From: Candidatus Thorarchaeota archaeon
GTDB taxonomy: Archaea; Asgardarchaeota; Thorarchaeia; Thorarchaeales; Thorarchaeaceae
Assembly (NCBI GenBank): GCA_029858305.1
Contig: JAOUFI010000071.1
Coordinates: 1 to 11,899, forward strand
Length of the DNA stretch: 11,899 nt
Reading direction: 5' to 3'
Numbering within the stretch: the first letter of the stretch is position 1; each line of letters begins with the position of its first letter. Position numbers and translations under genes: made by a program. This document shows, in pieces, positions 6,473-11,899 of this stretch. The notes under the pieces were generated by a model. That model searched no databases, had not been told where the DNA came from, and worked only from the letters and a program-made list of their open reading frames with translations.

Positions 6473-8910
6473 TTGGATCCTCCCTTCTTCTTTGGTGACA
6501 TCTTTGCCTTGCTTTGAGTTTTCACACTCGTCTCGCTTCCAAGTGGACCAAGAGATATTATGTTACTAGTGAACTCAGTTACCTGTTTTGCATATTGACC
6601 GGCTTCAGATGCGGATACGCTGCCGAAATATAGACGCCTCCCATCAAAACCAGCCGCCTCTAATACTGTCCTTAGATTATCTGTTCTTTCCTGCGCATGT
6701 AGTGCTCCTGAACGATAATGACAGTCTTGAACATGACAACCAATTACTGCAACTCCATCAGCACCTTCTTCGAATGCAGTCAGTAAAATATCAGTATCAA
6801 GACGACCAGTGCAAGGCACTTGAATGGGTACTATATTTGAAGGATAGGTTAAGCGTGTCATTCCAGCCCTATCCGCTGCGGAATATGCGCACCATCTACA
6901 CAAATATCCGACAATTAATGGTTTGGAGCCACTGAACCGAACTGCACTCCTTGTGGCTGCCAATAACTGTTCGGTGGTTAAGCTGGGTAGATTAAGAGCA
7001 GCAGTAGGACAAGCTGCAACACATGCGCCGCAACCTCGACATGCGGCTTGGTTAATAGTAGGTTTATCTCCATTGTTAGAACGTATTGCATTTGGAGAAC
7101 AGACCTGTTGGCACTGAAGACAGTTGATGCATAGGTCGTGGTCAATTGTTGGGACAGTCAGATCTGTCAGAATCGTACTACTTGTTAGAAGAGTTTTCAC
7201 CTTTGAAGCTGCCAATCCTGCATGTGCAACCGTATCAGAGATATCTTTTGGAGCCTGCGATACTCCTGCAAGAAAAATCCCTTTAGAGGCAGTACCACTC
7301 AAGTTTAGTTTAGGGTGTTGTTCTAGGAAGAATCCATTCTCATCCAACGGTATTTTTAGCAATTTTGAAAGATGTTGGTTGCTCGGTGCTGGGTCCATAC
7401 CTACCATCAAGACAACAAGATCAACATCCAGGTATAGCATTCTCTTAAGAAGGGTGTCTTCTGCTCTTACAAAGGTCTTACCTTTTACTGAATCATGAAC
7501 TACCTCACCCACAGCGCCTCTCACAAAATGGATACCATACTCATCAGCAGCTCGAACACTCAGTTCTTCATGGCCCTTACCAACTGTTCGAAGATCGGTG
7601 TAGAAGACATAGGTTTCACAATCCGGATGAAGCTCTTTTACTTGGATAGATTGCTTTACAGCCTCTGCGCAGCATGCCCTACTGCAATATGGGCGATTGA
7701 ATCGCATTGTCCGACTTCCAACACAGTTAATGAACACTACACTACGTGGAGCGCTGCCATCAGAGGGTCTTATGAGCCTACCACCTGTAGGACCTGAAGG
7801 ATTGATCAGCCGTTCAAGTTCGAGGGATGTGATGACATCAGGATTTTCACCATATCCAAGTTCTTCCACAATTGAAGGGTCGAATGGACGAAATCCCGTG
7901 GCGACTATGATTGCGCCTACCTCGATGGTTTCGGTTTTAGTGCAATCATCGTACCGAATTGCTTTTGCCTCACATACTCCACTGCATGACTGACAACCAA
8001 CACAATTATCCATGTCGATATGTGGAGCTATTGGCACAGCGTCAAGTGAGTGTCTTACGATTGCCTTTCTCTTACCTAAACCATGGTTATATTCATCTAC
8101 AACTTCAACAGGACAAACTTCAACACACCTATTGCAGCCAGTACACAGCTCTGTGGACACGTATCTTGGGTGCTGCGTCAGTTTCACAGAATATCTTCCT
8201 GTGCTGCCCTTGATTTCTTCAATATCAGTGAGTGTCATCAATCGGATGTTCGAATGATCAGCTGCTCTCGCCATCATCGGACCCAAGATGCAGATGCTAC
8301 AATCGAAGGTTGGAAAGAGCTTATCCCATCTTGCCATATGACCCCCCAGAAACGCTTCTTTCTCAACAAGCACTGTTTCAATTCCTTGGTCAGCTAGCTC
8401 AAGAGCTGCAGTTACACCTGCCACACCTCCTCCGATTACCATAGCTCTTTGAACTACAGGCATCTCAAAAGTCCTGATTGGATTTGAAAGTCCAACTTCT
8501 GCTAAGCCGATGTCAATTATAGTGGCTGCTTTTGAGGTCGCTGCCTCACGGTCGTCACTATGTACCCAACTGCATTGTTCACGAATATTTGCCACGTGAA
8601 GATGTCCAGGATCAATCCCTGCCGCACGGACAGCATCATTGAAGAGCTCTTTATGGAGAAGTGGTGTACAACCAGCAATGACGACTTTCTCGGCTCCACT
8701 CTTCTTGATTGCCAAGGTCAGCTCTTGAACACCATGATCAGAGCATAAGTGGTCGTTGACTTCAACTACTGCCACTCCCCGTGACTCCACTCGCTCTTTG
8801 AGATCTTCGATATCTATTGGCCCAGCAATATTCGAGCCACACTTACAGAGGAAAACAGCAACTCTATTCTTCTCGTTTTTGTCTGAGTTGGATTGTGAGT
8901 TGCGCTTCAA
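6469..8910 (-). CDS. hdrA: Heterodisulfide reductase subunit A fused to a C-terminal MvhD domain
   Basis: CxCGxNI..CS..AGCTP..NIREQCSWVH, VIGGGVAG, DKxFPTxDCSICI, inserted 2x[4Fe-4S], LELERL, CVGSR..YCSRxCC, PKDI, C-terminal 2x[4Fe-4S], then MvhD motifs CRWCAYxAAD, PCTGR, GCHxxDCHY. Start uncertain: TTG 8910 (AGGAG 13 nt upstream) preferred, ATG 9006 is an alternative. Confidence 0.95.
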   Translation of the reverse strand: MKRNSQSNSDKNEKNRVAVFLCKCGSNIAGPIDIEDLKERVESRGVAVVEVNDHLCSDHGVQELTLAIKKSGAEKVVIAGCTPLLHKELFNDAVRAAGIDPGHLHVANIREQCSWVHSDDREAATSKAATIIDIGLAEVGLSNPIRTFEMPVVQRAMVIGGGVAGVTAALELADQGIETVLVEKEAFLGGHMARWDKLFPTFDCSICILGPMMARAADHSNIRLMTLTDIEEIKGSTGRYSVKLTQHPRYVSTELCTGCNRCVEVCPVEVVDEYNHGLGKRKAIVRHSLDAVPIAPHIDMDNCVGCQSCSGVCEAKAIRYDDCTKTETIEVGAIIVATGFRPFDPSIVEELGYGENPDVITSLELERLINPSGPTGGRLIRPSDGSAPRSVVFINCVGSRTMRFNRPYCSRACCAEAVKQSIQVKELHPDCETYVFYTDLRTVGKGHEELSVRAADEYGIHFVRGAVGEVVHDSVKGKTFVRAEDTLLKRMLYLDVDLVVLMVGMDPAPSNQHLSKLLKIPLDENGFFLEQHPKLNLSGTASKGIFLAGVSQAPKDISDTVAHAGLAASKVKTLLTSSTILTDLTVPTIDHDLCINCLQCQQVCSPNAIRSNNGDKPTINQAACRGCGACVAACPTAALNLPSLTTEQLLAATRSAVRFSGSKPLIVGYLCRWCAYSAADRAGMTRLTYPSNIVPIQVPCTGRLDTDILLTAFEEGADGVAVIGCHVQDCHYRSGALHAQERTDNLRTVLEAAGFDGRRLYFGSVSASEAGQYAKQVTEFTSNIISLGPLGSETSVKTQSKAKMSPKKKGGSK

Positions 8911-9085
8911 GGGATTCGTGTAGCTCCTATGTGTATTGTGATTATTCTCGTGTTGCCAAATATTCAATAATCCTATCTTAAATAACTCCTTGAAAGTCCA
9001 TACCATAACGGATAATTGTTGTGGAGTGTGCACAGAAAGAATCTGAACAACGATATAGAGGAAGAAATCACGGAGTTCCTTAACA
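8911..9085. promoter_or_regulatory. Divergent promoter region between hdrA-fwdF and fwdG-fwdB-cooC
   Basis: Head-to-head genes with an AT-rich gap. TATA-like CTTAAATAA (TTATTTAAG on the minus strand) at about 8977-8985. Confidence 0.45.
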
Positions 9086-9544
9086 TTGAAACTTAATCCC
9101 ATGGAACTGTACAATCTACTACCGAAAACGAACTGCAGGCAATGCGCCCCTAAAACATGTATGGCCTTTGCTACCAAGCTTGCTCTTGGGGATGTGAACG
9201 CTGATGATTGCCCTCCATTATTGGAACCAGGGTTCGAGAAAAACCTGAAAACAATAAGAGAGCTAACAGCACCTCTTCTGTCGACTGCTGAAACAGGCGT
9301 GAAACTAGATGAGGAAAAATGCACAGGATGCGGTAACTGTGTAGTTGCATGTCCAGTGGATGTAGCGGTTGAACCACCAACAGGCATAGGGAAAGCTGCG
9401 AGAGGAGATGTTACAGTCTTTAGAATTGATAATGGAGTGGCGAAGATTATCAATTTAGAGAAATGTAGACGCTTTCCACCCGACCGCTTGAACTGTAGAG
9501 TGTGTGAGCAGTACTGCTGCACAGATGCAATTGAGATATGGTAG
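9086..9544 (+). CDS. fwdG: FwdG-like ferredoxin with an N-terminal RnfB/AcsC-type FeS domain
   Basis: N-terminal LPxTNCxxCxxxTCMAFA...CP domain, then CTGCGNCVVACP and C-x9-CRVCEQYC..DAI. Directly upstream of fwdB. TTG start with GGAG at 9072-9075. Confidence 0.8.
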   Translation: MKLNPMELYNLLPKTNCRQCAPKTCMAFATKLALGDVNADDCPPLLEPGFEKNLKTIRELTAPLLSTAETGVKLDEEKCTGCGNCVVACPVDVAVEPPTGIGKAARGDVTVFRIDNGVAKIINLEKCRRFPPDRLNCRVCEQYCCTDAIEIW

Positions 9545-9553
9545 GTGTAGCGC

Positions 9554-10843
9554 ATGGATGATATCGTATGTAATAGATGCTCTTTGCTCTGTGATGATGT
9601 GCTTGCACAGATTAGGGATATGGAAACTAAGTCTTTGGGTCTCTGTCGACTCGGTCATACTCATCTTGAGAGAGTAGCACATTTTTCAAAGATTGACGCC
9701 ATATCCAGAAAGAATGGTGTGGAGAATGGTCTGAACCTCGACGAAGCTTTAACGATGGCAGCAGAAACACTCATCTCAGCTAAACATCCTCTACTCTATG
9801 GATGGTCTCGGTGTACAAATGAAACGATTAGTGAGGGACTCTCCCTAGCTAAAACATTGAAGGCGGTCTTTGACTCAAGTGCAAGTATGGGTCTTAGTCA
9901 GTCTATGAGTCATAATATCCATAATATGAAACTAGAGACTGATCTTGAAGCGGTTCAAAATAATGGTGAATTCATCATTTACTGGGGTAGCAATCCGGTC
10001 GAAAGCAGTCATAGACATGCGAGCCGATTCACAGTTTTTCCTCGAGGCGAGAACGTGCCACAAGGTGTTGAGAGTAGGATTACTGGTGTCGTTGACGTAA
10101 GAGAAACTGAAACAATGAAAATGGGAAATCATCGCATTATCATTCCTCAAGGTGGAGATAGCGAGCTAGCAAGAGCTCTGATTGATGACCTCACGGGAAA
10201 AACACCCCTTAAGACACCCATTCTGGGCCTACCAGCTGCAACATTGGTGGGCATATCCCAAGCCCTGAGAAAGTCAGATTTCACCGTCATTTTCTATGGA
10301 AGTGGCATAATCAATTCAGGCAAGACCGCGGAGAACCTTTCTCTTCTCGCTGAGCTCATCCAAACACTGCGAGATTTAGGAAAGAATGCATACGCAATGC
10401 CCATGTGGCATGAACCAAGTGATATGAGCGTGATAAAATCATCAAAAAAACTAACATCCACTCATCTAGCCATTGACTTCTCGTCGGGAAAACCCACTCA
10501 GTTGAGTGCTAAAACCACCTTTCAGAGATTGACAGCAAAAGAATTTGATGTGGTGCTAGTTGTAGGAACTGATGCCTTTGCAGTACTACCAGGTCAAGCA
10601 GCAAGAGGTCTGACTAGTTCAAACATTATCTACATCGGTTCAGGAGGGAGTCTTATGGACCAATGGGCTCAGCTTTCACTGAGAGTCGCTGACGATATCA
10701 TGTCAGCATCGGGATCTATGACCAGGATTGACATGAAAGATATTCAGCTCAAATCTTGGAGCGGATCTAAAATGGCATCCCAAAACGTATTTGATGTAAT
10801 TACACGACTTCATCGATTGATAGAGGCAAGACTCAAGGATTGA
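9554..10843 (+). CDS. fwdB: FwdB-like protein lacking the W/Mo-ligating residues
   Basis: CxxCxxLCDD..CRLG cluster motif, PLLYGWS, IIYWGxNP...RHxSRF..FPRG, VVDVRxTxT, DFSSGxP. Length of 429 aa is typical for FwdB. AGGTG RBS at 9543-9547. Confidence 0.92.
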   Translation: MDDIVCNRCSLLCDDVLAQIRDMETKSLGLCRLGHTHLERVAHFSKIDAISRKNGVENGLNLDEALTMAAETLISAKHPLLYGWSRCTNETISEGLSLAKTLKAVFDSSASMGLSQSMSHNIHNMKLETDLEAVQNNGEFIIYWGSNPVESSHRHASRFTVFPRGENVPQGVESRITGVVDVRETETMKMGNHRIIIPQGGDSELARALIDDLTGKTPLKTPILGLPAATLVGISQALRKSDFTVIFYGSGIINSGKTAENLSLLAELIQTLRDLGKNAYAMPMWHEPSDMSVIKSSKKLTSTHLAIDFSSGKPTQLSAKTTFQRLTAKEFDVVLVVGTDAFAVLPGQAARGLTSSNIIYIGSGGSLMDQWAQLSLRVADDIMSASGSMTRIDMKDIQLKSWSGSKMASQNVFDVITRLHRLIEARLKD

Positions 10844-10865
10844 CAATTCAGGTGATTGGTGATAG

Positions 10866-11663
10866 ATGAAGATTGCAGTTGCTGGAAAAGGTGGCGTCGG
10901 CAAGACGACAGTTGCTGGAACATTAGCGAGATTATTAGGACGAGATGGGCTCAAGATACTTGCAGTTGATGCCGATCCAAGCTATACGTTGTGGACAGCT
11001 CTAGGAATCCCAGCAGATATTGCAAAGAAGATAGTACCACTTACACAGAATGAGACCCTCGTGAAAGAAAGATTGAAGATCGAGGGAGCAGAATCCTACA
11101 GTGGATTCTTCAAGTTAAATCCGCGCGTTGATGATTTGTCTTCTAAGTTCGCAGTCCAAGGTCCGGATAACGTGAGTCTTCTAGTTGCAGGGACTGTCGA
11201 TACAGGAGGATCTGGTTGTATGTGTCCTTCAGCAACTCTTCTCAAGAGCCTTATGCGTCATCTTGTACTCGGAACTGACGAGGCTTTTGTAATGGATATG
11301 GATGCTGGAATAGAGAACTTAGGTCGTGGCACAACACGTGGAATTGATGCCTTATTGGTTGTCACAGAACCTGGTCGTAGATCCCTTGAAATTTTGACAA
11401 AGATACGAACACTAGCAGGGGATATTGACGTTGGGCGTATTTTTGCTGTGGGAAATAAAGTAACTAGTTCAGCGGATGCTCAGATGATAAAAGAATGGGT
11501 TGAAAGAGAAGGTCTTTCACTTCTAGGGAGCATTCCCCTAGATGATGTGATAAAAGAAGCAGACAGAAGAGGTGTTGCTCCACTTGATCTTGACTCCAAC
11601 TCTACTGGCATGCGTGCTATTGCAGAGATTAAAGAGCGATTGGTTAAACAAATCAATCGCTAA
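10866..11663 (+). CDS. cooC: CooC/AcsF-type MinD-family ATPase (nickel insertion chaperone family)
   Basis: GKGGVGKTT deviant Walker A, VDADP, LNPxVDD, GSGCMCP metal-binding CxC, DMxAGIExLGRGT, NKV. AGGTGAT RBS at 10850-10856. Confidence 0.88.
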   Translation: MKIAVAGKGGVGKTTVAGTLARLLGRDGLKILAVDADPSYTLWTALGIPADIAKKIVPLTQNETLVKERLKIEGAESYSGFFKLNPRVDDLSSKFAVQGPDNVSLLVAGTVDTGGSGCMCPSATLLKSLMRHLVLGTDEAFVMDMDAGIENLGRGTTRGIDALLVVTEPGRRSLEILTKIRTLAGDIDVGRIFAVGNKVTSSADAQMIKEWVEREGLSLLGSIPLDDVIKEADRRGVAPLDLDSNSTGMRAIAEIKERLVKQINR

Positions 11664-11847
11664 CCATTATTTTGATATTATTTCACTTTGAAATATTAAA
11701 AGAGATATGATTAAGTTTCTTAACCAATGCAGCACTATTCAGTTAACGATTGAAAACGGTTATTTTTTGAGTGGAGTTTGACTGGTTCACAACCTTATTT
11801 AGGTGCAATGTTAAGCGGAAAATAATACGTTCAGGAACTGTGCAACC

Positions 11848-11899
11848 ATGAAGAAGAAAGCGTACTTCAAGGCGGATGAAGCCAAGACAGGGCTTGGCG
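11848..11899 (+). CDS. Start of an unidentified CDS running off the window (MKKKAYFKADEAKTGLG...)
   Basis: ATG after an AT-rich intergenic region with a TATA-like CCTTATTTAG and AGGA upstream. Frame is open to the edge, but only 17 codons are visible. Confidence 0.4.
   Translation, partial: MKKKAYFKADEAKTGLG

Noticed and set aside
6472-6525. NLS-like PKKK in the Lys-rich HdrA tail
   Set aside because: Short low-complexity tail, partly explained by the purine-rich RBS of the overlapping fwdF.
8911-9555. 215-codon N-terminal extension of the 1028-aa HdrA ORF
   Set aside because: It is the antisense of fwdG plus the promoter gap and has no HdrA-like sequence. Homology begins at RVAVFLCKCG.
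9890-9895. GGT CTT as a sequencing error for TGT CAT (Cys-His)
   Set aside because: Each codon is one base away, but the flanking residues, the RGH motif, other pterin contacts and FwdD are also altered, so error is unlikely.
6469-10843. Selenocysteine recoding in HdrA, MvhD or FwdB
   Set aside because: No in-frame TGA. The usual Sec positions are Cys (REQC, CRWC, GCHxxDC) or Gly (GGT in FwdB), and the terminal TGA codons fall at expected protein ends.
9554-10843. fwdB as a pseudogene
   Set aside because: Full-length uninterrupted frame, RBS present, and cluster cysteines and structural motifs retained.
462-10954. Short alternative-frame and antisense ORFs (e.g. 5048-5656, 592-918, 7124-7498, 4797-5126)
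   Set aside because: All are shadows of well-supported genes and carry no recognisable motifs.

Overview
Archaeal-type C1-metabolism locus (AGGTGAT/GGAGG ribosome-binding sites, methanofuran-pathway genes; an Asgard or other non-methanogenic archaeon is plausible but that is inference only). It carries formylmethanofuran dehydrogenase homologues in four transcription units: 3' part of fwdA (+), a lone fwdD (+), hdrA-mvhD fusion coupled to an 8x[4Fe-4S] fwdF (-), and fwdG-fwdB-cooC (+). Between them lie an ECF S-component-like membrane protein, a divergent Gfo/Idh/MocA oxidoreductase, and a DUF166-DUF3786 pair. The main signal is that FwdB has lost the W/Mo-ligating Cys-His pair and the RGH motif, and FwdD has lost typical pterin-contacting motifs. 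The visible FwdA metal ligands, the whole Fe-S wire (FwdB cluster, FwdG, FwdF) and an intact-looking bifurcating HdrA-MvhD are kept. This suggests a metallopterin-free 'pseudo-Fwd' module wired to HdrA, intermediate between Fwd and Fhc. Family and residue assignments come from recalled motifs, not database searches. No rRNA, tRNA, CRISPR or mobile element was seen.
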